Shown here: in pieces, positions 9,597 through 19,074 of the stretch
How the letters are laid out: the number at the start of each line of letters is the position of its first letter
Position numbering within the stretch: position 1 is the stretch's first letter
DNA from: a virus
DNA length: 64,000 nt
Strand: one strand, 5' to 3'
IMG/VR virus record: IMGVR_UViG_3300047440_000809
Location: 32,001-96,000 of that record
Program-made: the position numbers and the translations under genes
Notes under the pieces: generated by a model
What the model was told of the DNA's origin: nothing
What the model saw: the letters and a program-made list of their open reading frames with translations, nothing else
The model's database searches: none

Positions 9597-10147
9597 GCTT
9601 CGGCACGACGTTCATGGGTGAGGCGATTGCACACGAGAGTACGGATGCGGTCGACGACAGCGAAGAGTTGTTCAACGAGATGGAGTGGGTGCGCGAGATG
9701 TTCGCCGAGCACCCCGACGAGCTGACCACGGGACTGCACGTCAAAGCGCTGCTGGACAAGGTTCGCGCCGGCGCGGTTACCGTGACGGACGAAGACCGCG
9801 CGTGGCTGGAAGCGCTGGCGCCTGCGTACGACGCGCTGACGCAGGCGTGGGCCAGCGGTCAGTCTTTCCCGAAGCTGCGACTACCGGGAGGGCTGTTCGC
9901 CGGTCCTGATATCAGAGACGCCGGCCCGCTCTCGGGGTTTCCGAAGCCACCCTACCGTACGCGGCGTGATCCTCGGATCGAAGCCCATGCGGTGAACCAG
10001 GCGCGTGCAGCCGCGCGCTCCGTGCTACCAGGCATCGACATGCAGGTCGTGCTCAGTGGCATGGACGCCCTGCGCGTCACGGCCTACCGCGGGCTGCACG
10101 CGCTGTCGCAGAAGATCAGCGACCTCGCCAATCGCTTCGGCCCCTGA
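9593..10147 (+). CDS. Hypothetical protein
   Basis: ATGA overlap with upstream gene. Confidence 0.6.
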   Translation: MSFGTTFMGEAIAHESTDAVDDSEELFNEMEWVREMFAEHPDELTTGLHVKALLDKVRAGAVTVTDEDRAWLEALAPAYDALTQAWASGQSFPKLRLPGGLFAGPDIRDAGPLSGFPKPPYRTRRDPRIEAHAVNQARAAARSVLPGIDMQVVLSGMDALRVTAYRGLHALSQKISDLANRFGP

Positions 10148-10686
10148 TGTTCGAGAACCCGAAAGTCGTAGCGCGCGGGTCGATCATCGGCGGCCTCGTC
10201 AACACCGCTCTCGCCGCCCGCTGCTTCTTCGTGCACGAGTACGTCGTCGGAGGCTGGCTTGCGCTCCTGTCGCTGGCGATGGTCGGGCAGTTCTATCTGG
10301 CGGGGAGCCAGGAGAAGTGAGCGACGTCTGCGCGTGCGGCCCCGAGCGCGACACGAAGGACAAGGAGCTGGTCAGCAGGGGCGTGCCAGCCATGATGCTC
10401 TGGTTCTGTTGCGACTGCGGGAAGCCCCGGCCCGGGACGCCCGTCGCGCCCGGCGGCGAGATGTACAAGCCGGTCGATGGAAGCGCCACTCGAACGCCCT
10501 GACGCCGACGACATCCTCGTCGTGTGCGCGAACTGCGGCCACATCGAGGACTTCCACGCGGAGGAGAAGGAAGGGCAGGACCGCTGGTGCCTCGCGCTGA
10601 ACTGTCACGGCTGTCCCGGCTGGGCGCCGAAGTCGACGCGCGCCGCGATTTGACGACCAGCGGCGCCTGGGCGTACGCTCGTCTGC

Positions 10687-10896
10687 ATGGCACGACTCAG
10701 GCACCGTGGTCTCCGTAGGTTCATCTTCGGCGCCCCCAAGCGTCGCAAGCGGCGCGCCTCGGGCGTCGCTTCTCGCGCCAAGAACGCCCCCAAGCACTGC
10801 AAGGTGTCACTCGGCTCGTGCATGCGCGGGTCGGGCGGCCGGGCCAAGGCCAGCAAGTGCATGAAGGGCTACTGGCGCTGCATCAAGGGCGGCTGA
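10687..10896 (+). CDS. Small basic Cys-rich protein
   Basis: K/R-rich, four Cys. Confidence 0.55.
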   Translation: MARLRHRGLRRFIFGAPKRRKRRASGVASRAKNAPKHCKVSLGSCMRGSGGRAKASKCMKGYWRCIKGG

Positions 10897-10900
10897 CCGC

Positions 10901-11200
10901 GTGGCACGACGGCGGCGCGGCCTCGGCTCCGCAGGCGGTGACTGCGCCGTCTACGTGGGCACCAAGAACGACACGAACGGCAACCCGCGCCGCGGGTGGC
11001 TCGTCGATGTCGGCAGCACCACCGTGTTTGTGAACGAGGGCTACGTCGGGCGCGCCGCGCTCAAGAAGGCGTGCCCGAACGCCGTCGAGCGCTTCAGCCG
11101 CATCGAGATCACGCCGGGCGAGTACCGTTCGCTGCGGAAGCTGCCGAACGCGTGCTCGGGTGGGCAGGCACTGGACGGTGCTCGTCGTCGGAGGCGCTGA
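10901..11200 (+). CDS. Basic protein, poly-Arg at both ends
   Basis: MARRRRGLGS...NDTNGNPRR...LDGARRRRR. Confidence 0.6.
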   Translation: MARRRRGLGSAGGDCAVYVGTKNDTNGNPRRGWLVDVGSTTVFVNEGYVGRAALKKACPNAVERFSRIEITPGEYRSLRKLPNACSGGQALDGARRRRR

Positions 11201-12557
11201 TGCGCGTCCAGAAGCACGGCAGGATCGTAGACATCCCGGTGCGCGCCGGCACCGTGGTCAAGCTGCGCGAGAACCGATCCGGCAACGTGACGGGGCAGAA
11301 GGCGATCGTCGTCGGCGCGATGAAGCCGAACGACTTTTCGCGGGCCTACGGCAAGCAGATCTACGTCTGCACGGTCTACCGAGACGGCCCGAGCATCAGC
11401 GAGAAGGGCGCGGGCGACGTGTACCCTGTCGGACGCGCGAAGCGTGTTCCGAAGATGTGCAAGGAAGCGCTCGTGGACTACAAGAAGTCCTACGGGGATC
11501 GCTGATGGCGAAGAAGAGCTACAACGCAATGGCACAAGTCGTGTGCGCCATCCGTGGTGGCTCGCGAACATCGATCGGCTTGTCGACCATCCTCGACATC
11601 AAGGCGAAGACGAAGGCCGGCGCGGAGCGCATCGCGAAGAGGACATGGCGGTCGCGCGGCGAGCTTCCTGTGCCTGGCATGAAGTACAAGGCGAAGTGCG
11701 TGCTGCATCCGTCGGTCGAGGAAGCGTACTGATGGCCCGCCGCACCTACCGTCCGGGCTCGGGTATGCGTGAGATCGCCGCGCATCAGGTCCGGCGAGTT
11801 CGTCAGGCACTCGCGGCGGGGTTGTGCAAAGAAGCGGAGCTTCGTCTCGACAGCCTCGTGCACAGCCGAGCCAACCGCGAGCGTGTGGTCCGCTCGGGGA
11901 CGATCGCGCGGCTGCACGCGGCGGTTCGTCGTTGCCCTGTGGGGGGACGCTGATGGCACGCAAGTGTGACTGGCACTACGCCCCGAAGACGATCCTGACG
12001 ATGAAGGACGGCACGCGTCCCGTCGTGAGCGCACGCGTCTACCCTCCCGGGCAGCATCCGGCTGCATCGCCGATCGTGAAGACGGTGACGGCCGTGCAGC
12101 TCACTAACGATCGGGGCAATTCGCGCTGGTACGGCTTCGACGATGCGCGCATCGCGGCCAACCTGCGGCTCGTCGCGTGCGGGGGTTTCATCAACCCCCG
12201 GAACGAGATCGCGAAGGACTGGAAGCGCTGTGGGAAGATTTGCAACAACCTGTCTGGATCTCTCGCGGGGTCTCGACGCCGCCGCCGTCGATGAGCCGCA
12301 AGCGCTACTGCCACGCCGGCTACGACGACGAGGGCCGGGCGCTCTTCACCGAGCACGGCTCTGACGGCACCGAGATGCGCACCATCGTCGGGTCCCCCGA
12401 ATCCGGCAAGCCCATACCACCGGGGCGCGGGCTCGCGCTCGTCACGGCGGAGGCGGATGGCAGGCACGTGACCATGGAAGACGTCGTCATGCCGGGGCCG
12501 GCGCAGGTGGCGACCGAGAGCTACCGGCGCGGCTGGGACGCGACGTTCAAGAACTGA
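11200..12557 (+). CDS. Five translationally coupled small proteins, mostly basic (11200-11505, 11505-11732, 11732-11953, 11953-12294, 12291-12557)
   Basis: Successive TGATG/ATGA overlaps; 11953-12294 ends LSGSLAGSRRRRRR. Confidence 0.6.
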
Positions 12558-12846
12558 TGAGCGCCGCGTAGGCGAGGAGAGCGTCGACGTCGGGGCCCGA
12601 CCAGCCGCGTGCCCACACGATGCCCTCTTCGTGGACGAAGTCCCCGCTGGCCTGCCCGGTCGAGGCACTCCACCAAAACGTTCCGCCTCAAGTCAAGAAC
12701 TGAGTATCCAGAGCCAGCGGACCAGCACGCAGAAGCAGTACCCGAGCACGAGCACCAAGAAGACGATGAGCCCGCCCCACCCGATCTTCTCTTTGTCCGG
12801 GTTCATCAGTTGCTCGCCGCGTGAAGTTGTTTGACGACGAGGCTGC

Positions 12847-13275
12847 CTAGCGCATGTACGGCCCGTAGTTCCGCGCGAGGCAGAACTCGAACGCCGTCTT
12901 GCGTAGCTCGCGGGGGAGCTTCGCGGCCGTGACGATCCGCCCGGCCTCCTGCAAGCGCTTGATGGTCTGATAATTGGCCCCGCGTTCGCGCTTCGCCTCG
13001 GCGCGCTCGCGCTCGATCTTCTGCTTGCGCTCTTCGGCGGCCTTCGCGCGGACGGCCTTCTTGATCGCGTTCACGGCCGCACCGGTCCACCCGCGGCACC
13101 ACCCGTTGCTGTGGCCCTCGGCCGACAGGTAGTGCGATCCACCCGTACCGGCGGGTTTACCGTCCGTCCAGTCGAACGTGTGGCTGTCGATGTTCGTGAC
13201 GGTCGCGCGGATCGTGTTGATGGCGATCAAGACCTTGTCGCCCTTCTTGAGTGCTACCTTCGCTATCGTCTCCAT
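12847..13275 (-). CDS. EGxxWxRGW-family protein 12 (divergent)
   Basis: LKKGDKVLI N-terminus; AEGHSNGWCRGWTGAAVNAIKKAV. Confidence 0.6.
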   Translation of the reverse strand: METIAKVALKKGDKVLIAINTIRATVTNIDSHTFDWTDGKPAGTGGSHYLSAEGHSNGWCRGWTGAAVNAIKKAVRAKAAEERKQKIERERAEAKRERGANYQTIKRLQEAGRIVTAAKLPRELRKTAFEFCLARNYGPYMR

Positions 13276-13276
13276 C

Positions 13277-13798
13277 TCAGTTGCTCCCGGCGTGAAGTTG
13301 TTTGACAGCGTCGCGTACCAGCAGCTCCTCCGACAGCGTGGGGTCGAGACCCGACACGACCGGCTCGAACTCGTACTTCTTGTAGCCCAGCTCCTTGAGC
13401 GCCCCGCGCACGGCATCGAGCTTCATGCGCTGCGCGGGGGCGACCTTGGGCTCGGCAGCGTCCTCCTCCAGCTTCTCCATGAAGTGCCGCTGGACAGTGC
13501 GCCGGCGCTCGGCCACGTGCATCTCGTCGACTACCCTCCCGACGCGTGCCTCGCGCCCGTGCCAGACCCACGAGAAGAACCCGCGGACCGCGCCGTGCGG
13601 GATCACGAGCATCAGCCCGACCCCGAGCATCACGAGCGCCACGAGCGTGGAGCCGGTCTGCCCGAGCAGCGTGGCCGAGGCGCGGGAGATGAGCTGCCCG
13701 ATGAGACCGCACGTGCCGGCGAAGGCGTAGAAGAACGTGGCGGCGAGCAGCAAGAAGCCGATGAGGAGGCGCTTACGGGCGGGGTGGAGGTTCTTCAT
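13277..13798 (-). CDS. Membrane protein with RuvA C-terminal-like helical domain
   Basis: Two TM segments then DAVRGALKELGYKK...LSEELLVRDAVKQL. Confidence 0.55.
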   Translation of the reverse strand: MKNLHPARKRLLIGFLLLAATFFYAFAGTCGLIGQLISRASATLLGQTGSTLVALVMLGVGLMLVIPHGAVRGFFSWVWHGREARVGRVVDEMHVAERRRTVQRHFMEKLEEDAAEPKVAPAQRMKLDAVRGALKELGYKKYEFEPVVSGLDPTLSEELLVRDAVKQLHAGSN

Positions 13799-13803
13799 GG
13801 GGG

Positions 13804-13998
13804 TTACTCCTCGCAGTCTTGGTTGCAGTCTTCGCAGTTGGCGCGTTCCTGGTCACGATGGTCAGGACACACCTCGGCTACGTGGGCGGTAGTGTCATCG
13901 GTGCAGTTAGCAGCCATCCACGCTTGTGCCGTCTCGGGCGAGTAGAACTCGTCGGCGACGACCCCCTCCTCGTCCGTGAAAACACCGTATTCAGTCAC
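13804..13998 (-). CDS. Small acidic Cys-containing protein
   Basis: Directly downstream of a sigma54-like promoter. Confidence 0.5.
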   Translation of the reverse strand: MTEYGVFTDEEGVVADEFYSPETAQAWMAANCTDDTTAHVAEVCPDHRDQERANCEDCNQDCEE

Positions 13999-14011
13999 GT
14001 GCCAACACTAT

Positions 14012-14042
14012 ATCAACATCCGTGCCAACCCTCTTGATATCA
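14012..14042 (-). promoter_or_regulatory. sigma54-like promoter (imperfect -12) with TGATATCA box
   Basis: TGGCACGGATGTTGAT (14027-14012); TGATATCA at 14035-14042. Confidence 0.55.
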
Positions 14043-14264
14043 GCAGCCGCAGCTTCCTGGGCCACCGTGACGGCAATCGTGCTCCCACAGATGATGCAAT
14101 CCCGCCACACGAACAAGACTGTGCCCTTTTCGCCCCACTGGGCTCGGGGGTTGGAGGTCAGCGCGGCCAGCATCTTGGGGTTGCCGGCAATCACCTCGTG
14201 GTCTTCGGTCAGGTGCATGGTCGTGATATCGACAGGTCGTGTTATGTCTTTAGCAGCGCCCGCT

Positions 14265-14609
14265 TCATGGCTTCTTGTCCGTCGTGAGCGCGTGCGCGGC
14301 GATAGCAGCTCGGAAGGACTCCACGGCACCATTGACGACGTCGAGGGTAGGAGCGAGCTTGGCGTGCGGCAAAGACGTAACCGCGAGAGCACACGACGAA
14401 CAGATGGCCACCAAGGACCCCGCGGCGATGACCGTGCCCTGGGGTTCAACACGCAACTGCTGGGTAATCGACTGTCTGAAGTGGTCCTTGCACCGGTCCT
14501 GTTGGCAGAACGGACACACCGCAAAGAACGCCCGGTCGCACCGTGTTGAAGGCTCGCTGTGCGATCCCGGAATCTCCTCGTCACACACGCGCATCGTCCG
14601 TGTCGACAT
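14265..14609 (-). CDS. Zn-binding (B-box-like) protein
   Basis: C..C..CPFC....C..H...CSSC; ends FRAAIAAHAL; paralogue of 62471-62884. Confidence 0.55.
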   Translation of the reverse strand: MSTRTMRVCDEEIPGSHSEPSTRCDRAFFAVCPFCQQDRCKDHFRQSITQQLRVEPQGTVIAAGSLVAICSSCALAVTSLPHAKLAPTLDVVNGAVESFRAAIAAHALTTDKKP

Positions 14610-14950
14610 CACTTCACCCCCAACAGCGCTCGGGCCGCCAAGAACGCCGCGCGAGCTTCGGGTCCGTGGCCGCGCGTCCAGGTGACCATCTCGTCGTTCT
14701 CCCAGACGCCGCCGGTACGTGCACCGCACTTCCAGTAGATGCGGTTACCGCGATCCGTGTGCCACTGCGCCTCGTCGTTCGCGGTGACGGTAGCGCGCAA
14801 CAGCCGCAACGGGCGGTCGAGAACCCATCGACGCGGTTGCTTCTTGCGCGGCTTCGTGAACCCGTTGCGCCCGCGCTCGAACACCTGCGTCGCATCGGAG
14901 CCCGAGTCCACCACCGTGATGCCGAAGCCGATGCAGGGCAGCTCGCTCAT
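14609..14950 (-). CDS. EGxxWxRGW-family protein 13 (divergent)
   Basis: NDEMVTWTRGHGPEARAAFLAARALL. Confidence 0.65.
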   Translation of the reverse strand: MSELPCIGFGITVVDSGSDATQVFERGRNGFTKPRKKQPRRWVLDRPLRLLRATVTANDEAQWHTDRGNRIYWKCGARTGGVWENDEMVTWTRGHGPEARAAFLAARALLGVK

Positions 14951-15589
14951 CGCCTGATGGCCTCGCGGATCATCAAGCTCACGGCGTTGGCGGGCGTGCC
15001 GAGAGCGATTGCAGCTCGGATGGCGGGGAGGTGCTTGCTTAGCCTCGCAGCGAGCTTTTCAACGCGCATGCAGCTGTAATCGGGGTACGTGTAGTCGATT
15101 GCCCCGATCAGGTATTTGTCTTCGTGACGTACGTACCAGGAGAAGTCGCTGGACCTCTCGTAACGCACGAGTGGCATGCCAAGGGCCTCAGCAAGATCCT
15201 TGTGCTCGCCACCGATCTCAACAGCGTTGTCCCTGCCGCCGAGCACGTCGAACGCACGTTCTCGCGCCTCGGTGTACGCCTTACCAGCCGCTTGCTCAGC
15301 ATTCCACCGCGCGCGTGTCTCCGGCGATGCTGGATGCTTCGGGCGAAACCGCGGGCCTCCTCCAGTCTTCACCGCCGCACCACTCTCCAGCCCCCGGCGC
15401 CCACGTCGAGCACCACGGCGAGCCGGTGCATCCGGAGCGCGTACTGGAGCATCACCGCGAACTCCGCGACCAGCTCCTCCACGGCGGGCGTGAAGATGAA
15501 GCCGACGTGGCACACCCTCCCCACGAATGCCAGCGCGCGGAACTGCGTGCTCGGGGTGATCTCGATCGTCGGGTCGGTGGGGTTCGTGC

Positions 15590-15751
15590 TCACGTTCTCC
15601 TCCTCGCTGGTGGTTTCCACTGCTCGAACGCCGCGCTGACGTACTCGCGCAGGGTCATCCCCTGCCAGCTCGCGCGGCGGACCATCGCCATGTACTCCGG
15701 ACCGGAGAGCCGCACGATGAGGTAGCGCATGAGGCCGTCGAGCGTCTTCAT
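15590..15751 (-). CDS. Ribbon-helix-helix-like small protein
   Basis: YLIVRLSGPEYMAMVRRASWQGMTLREYVSAA. Confidence 0.5.
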   Translation of the reverse strand: MKTLDGLMRYLIVRLSGPEYMAMVRRASWQGMTLREYVSAAFEQWKPPARRRT

Positions 15752-16002
15752 GACGACACCAGCGCCATCGCGACGCGGAGCGCACGAACCGTTGTCGAGT
15801 TCTTGTGGTGCCACCCGTGGACCCACGTGACGCCCTCGGCTGCAAGAGCGGCGTACGCACTCGCACCGTACTTCCAGGTGGCGCCAGACAGACGCGCGGT
15901 GTAGTAGCGGAAGTTGGGACCCCCATCGTTGATTGCGTCGACGACACCGTAGAGGACGCGGCCGTCCGTGCTCAGGCTCGTGATCTTGTCGCCGACCTTC
16001 AC
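15748..16002 (-). CDS. EGxxWxRGW-family protein 14
   Basis: KVGDKIT N-terminus; AAEGVTWVHGWHHKNSTTVRALRVAMAL. Confidence 0.7.
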   Translation of the reverse strand: MKVGDKITSLSTDGRVLYGVVDAINDGGPNFRYYTARLSGATWKYGASAYAALAAEGVTWVHGWHHKNSTTVRALRVAMALVSS

Positions 16003-17655
16003 GTCCCCCACCCCTCTACGTGCAGCGGCACCCGCCATGGGATCTCGGCTACCATCCGGTCGCGCGCTTCGTATCGCACCATCACCGCGTCGTACCCGCG
16101 GTCCATCGTGACCCGAGCGGCCCGCGCGCCGCAGCGCCGCCAGTTGCACGTGGGGCAGTGGCAGGGGTTGGTCAGCGAGGATGCGGCGTCGTGCTCGGGG
16201 AGGCGGTTGATGATTCGACGAGACGTGATGACGTCGAGAGCGGCCGTGCGGGCGTTCGCTAACCCGTGGGCGAGCTTGAGCGTGGCAGCGCGGTAGTAGA
16301 GGTCGTGGATGGTCATGTGGCACCTCGGCAGACTGGACAGGGATCCACGGCGTGCCCGCGGAACGTCAGGACACGAATCTTGCCGTCCGGCGTGGTGATG
16401 CGCTTCGTGACCTCGGGGCCTTTCGGCGGCAGACCGAACGTTGCATTCCACCACAGGCAACCGCCGAGTAGGCATGCGGCGTTGCGCTTAGCCTCGACCA
16501 CCGGCAGACGATCGAACGCCCCTCTGACGTGCAACACGTGCCCAACAACGTCTCTCCAGCCGTCAGGCCACTGCACGGCGACGATGCGCCCACGGGCGAG
16601 CGCGACGGCGAGCGCGGGCGACCCGAGGTGGGTGAACATCACGGAGTCTGCTACGCCGACGATCACAGCGGCCTCACCGTCACGTAGGCGCTCGGCGGCG
16701 AGCGCAGCCCGGTGATGACATGCCAGCGGCCGTCCAGCTCGATGAGGTAACCGAACGGCGTCTCGGCTGGCAGCACCGTGTCGAGCTGGACGTGGACGTC
16801 CGGCCGGCGGCCGTTGTCGATATGGAGGACGACCCGGAGGATCTTCACGATGTGAATCCCGGGCAGCCGCACACGAACGTGCCAGATGGACCTGCGCTGT
16901 AGCGCGCGGTACAGCGCCGCCCACGATGGCGCGTCTTGAGGTGACGACACCGCAGACACTTCTTCTCGCGCGGCTTCACGACTTGGCCTTCAAACGAAAT
17001 CCCGCCTGTGCAGCCAGCAAGCCGAAGCGCCAGCCGTGGGTCTTCGAACAGAACGTGCCATCGCCGTTCGGACCGGGCTGTGTGTAGCGGTGCTTGCGGC
17101 TCACCACCTGACGGCGCCCGGCGTGCCCCGCGCGGCAGTCGGGGTCAGCACAGCGCCAATCCTCGGGCTCCCCTTTGAACTTCGTCGACTTGCAGGAGAA
17201 GGGCAGGTTGACGCCCTCATCGTAGTTCGACCGGCGAGCACCACAGATGCGCGGAGGCCGAGTTGCGTCTACGAAGTACGTCGTGTCGCAGACCCAACCG
17301 AGCTTCTTCTTGCAGTAGAGACAGTGGGCCATCAGACGCGCTCCAGTCGGCGGGCCCACCGCCGTGCGAACCGCCGGCGCTCTTCTGCGTTGACGTGTGT
17401 TCCTGGGTCAGTCGAAAGCCGTCGCAGCGACGTCGCGAGACACCCGCGGCGGCGGTAGCTGTAGCAGAGCGCCAACAGATTGCTAGCGGCCAACTCGGCC
17501 GCAGTGTGCCGCACGCCAGCGTGCGCGTTGACGCAAGCGTCGATCGGATCGACCGAGTTCTCGTACTTGCGTCGTGCACTGACAAGCTTCTGCGCCCAGG
17601 CGGGCCTTGGCTGCTTGGACTCCCAGAAGTCCAGATGCACTTGAGAAATCGTCAT
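15999..17655 (-). CDS. Run of about five small hypothetical, often Cys-containing ORFs
   Basis: Overlapping ORFs downstream of the leftward sigma54 promoter. Confidence 0.4.
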
Positions 17656-17668
17656 GCGCCAACAATAC

Positions 17669-17684
17669 AGCAACCTCCATGCCA
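17669..17684 (-). promoter_or_regulatory. sigma54 promoter, leftward
   Basis: TGGCATGGAGGTTGCT = GG-N10-GC. Confidence 0.7.
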
Positions 17685-17696
17685 CGCAAGCTTATC

Positions 17697-17776
17697 CTAT
17701 ATCAGCATCGCCACACACCCTCCTGATATCACTTCGCCACACCCTCTCCGCCACACCCGTGCTGATATCGCCACAG
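17697..17776. promoter_or_regulatory. Clustered TGATATCR boxes and GCCACAC repeats between divergent sigma54 promoters
   Basis: TGATATCA 17724, TGATATCG 17763, CTATATCA 17697; GCCACAC 17710, 17736, 17750; GCCACAG 17770. Confidence 0.6.
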
Positions 17777-17814
17777 CAATCCCGAGTTCTCACCACACAA
17801 AAAGAACTTGGCGA

Positions 17815-17830
17815 TGGCCCGCGCCTTGCT
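17815..17830 (+). promoter_or_regulatory. sigma54 promoter, rightward
   Basis: TGGCCCGCGCCTTGCT. Confidence 0.65.
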
Positions 17831-17879
17831 GTACTGTTGGCTCGTCGGGCGGCAGCAAACTTCAACCAGGGAGATAGAG

Positions 17880-19034
17880 ATGAACAACAGGATCATTCAC
17901 GCGGCGCTTTTCACCCCCACCCCCGAAGGCTTCTGGGGCCTCCCCACCCTGGGCTGGGGCAAGCCGGGCACCGGCAAGACCAAAGGCATCGGCGCCGCCG
18001 CCGCTGCGGCCAACCTCCCCTTCTACCGGCTGTCACCGGCCGAGGCAGGCGAGGGACAGTTCGGCGTGGTCCCGGTCCCGGGCGCGGACGGCTTCCTCCA
18101 CTACCCGGCGCCCGAGTGGGTGCAGAAGTTCAACACGGGCCGAGGCGGCGTGCTCTTCGTGGACGAGATCTCCACCGCCCCGCCGGCGCTCCAGGCGCCG
18201 CTTCTCGGGCTCGTGCAGCTCCGCGTGATCGGGGCGTACACCTTCGGGCCGCGGGTGCGCATCATCGCCGCCGCCAACGAGACCCAGGACGCCGCGGGCG
18301 GCTGGGACCTCGCTCCCGCGCTCGCCAACCGCTTCGGGCACTTCGACTTCGAGGGGCTCTCTTCCACCGACTGGGTCACGGGGCTCCTGGGGGGCTTCGC
18401 CAACACGGACGACACCCAGCACGTTGACGCCGAGGCCGAAGAGGCCCGCGTCATGCGCGAATGGCCGAGCGCCATCGCGATGGCCCGGGGGCTCGTCGCC
18501 GCGTTCATCAAGGTCCGCCCCGAGCTGCTGCACAAGCAGCCGTCGCGCGCCAGCAACAACACGAGTCGTGCGTGGCCGTCACACCGGTCGGTCGAGTACG
18601 CCACCCACGCCCTGGCGAGTGCCCGCGTGCACGGGCTCAACGAGGTCGACGCGGACGAGTTCGTGGGGGGCTTCGTGGGCCTCGCCTGGGTGACCGAGTT
18701 CGCCACCTTCCGCCAGAACCTCGACCTGCCCGACCCCGCCGAGCTGCTGGACGGCAAGGTGACGTTCGAGCACAAGTCCCGCCGCCTCGACCGCACGATG
18801 GCCGTGCTGTCCTCGATCGCCGCCCTGGTGGTGCCCGAGAACGCCACGAAGCGCAAGGAGCGGGGCAACGCCGCCTGGCGGATCATCGAGACCGTGGTCA
18901 AGGACTCGGCGGACGTGGCGATGCCTGCCGCCACCGCCCTGGCGCGGGCCCGGATGGTCGGCCCCGACTTCCCCGCCCACAAGGGGCCCCTGTCGAAGCT
19001 GTTCCCCACCATGAAAGAGGCGAAGGTCGCGTAG
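17880..19034 (+). CDS. MoxR-like AAA+ ATPase
   Basis: Walker A GKPGTGKT, Walker B LFVDE, ALANRF Arg finger; RBS GGGAGATAGAG-ATG. Confidence 0.85.
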   Translation: MNNRIIHAALFTPTPEGFWGLPTLGWGKPGTGKTKGIGAAAAAANLPFYRLSPAEAGEGQFGVVPVPGADGFLHYPAPEWVQKFNTGRGGVLFVDEISTAPPALQAPLLGLVQLRVIGAYTFGPRVRIIAAANETQDAAGGWDLAPALANRFGHFDFEGLSSTDWVTGLLGGFANTDDTQHVDAEAEEARVMREWPSAIAMARGLVAAFIKVRPELLHKQPSRASNNTSRAWPSHRSVEYATHALASARVHGLNEVDADEFVGGFVGLAWVTEFATFRQNLDLPDPAELLDGKVTFEHKSRRLDRTMAVLSSIAALVVPENATKRKERGNAAWRIIETVVKDSADVAMPAATALARARMVGPDFPAHKGPLSKLFPTMKEAKVA

Positions 19035-19042
19035 GCGGCTCC

Positions 19043-19070
19043 TGATATCAGGACTGGCATCAGACCTGCA
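19043..19070 (+). promoter_or_regulatory. TGATATCA box + sigma54 promoter
   Basis: TGATATCAGGAC-TGGCATCAGACCTGCA. Confidence 0.6.
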
Positions 19071-19074
19071 AAGG

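Noticed and set aside
17880-19034. AAA+ as packaging ATPase or sigma54 activator
   Set aside because: MoxR-like with a VWA partner; lacks GAFTGA and FtsK/HerA features.
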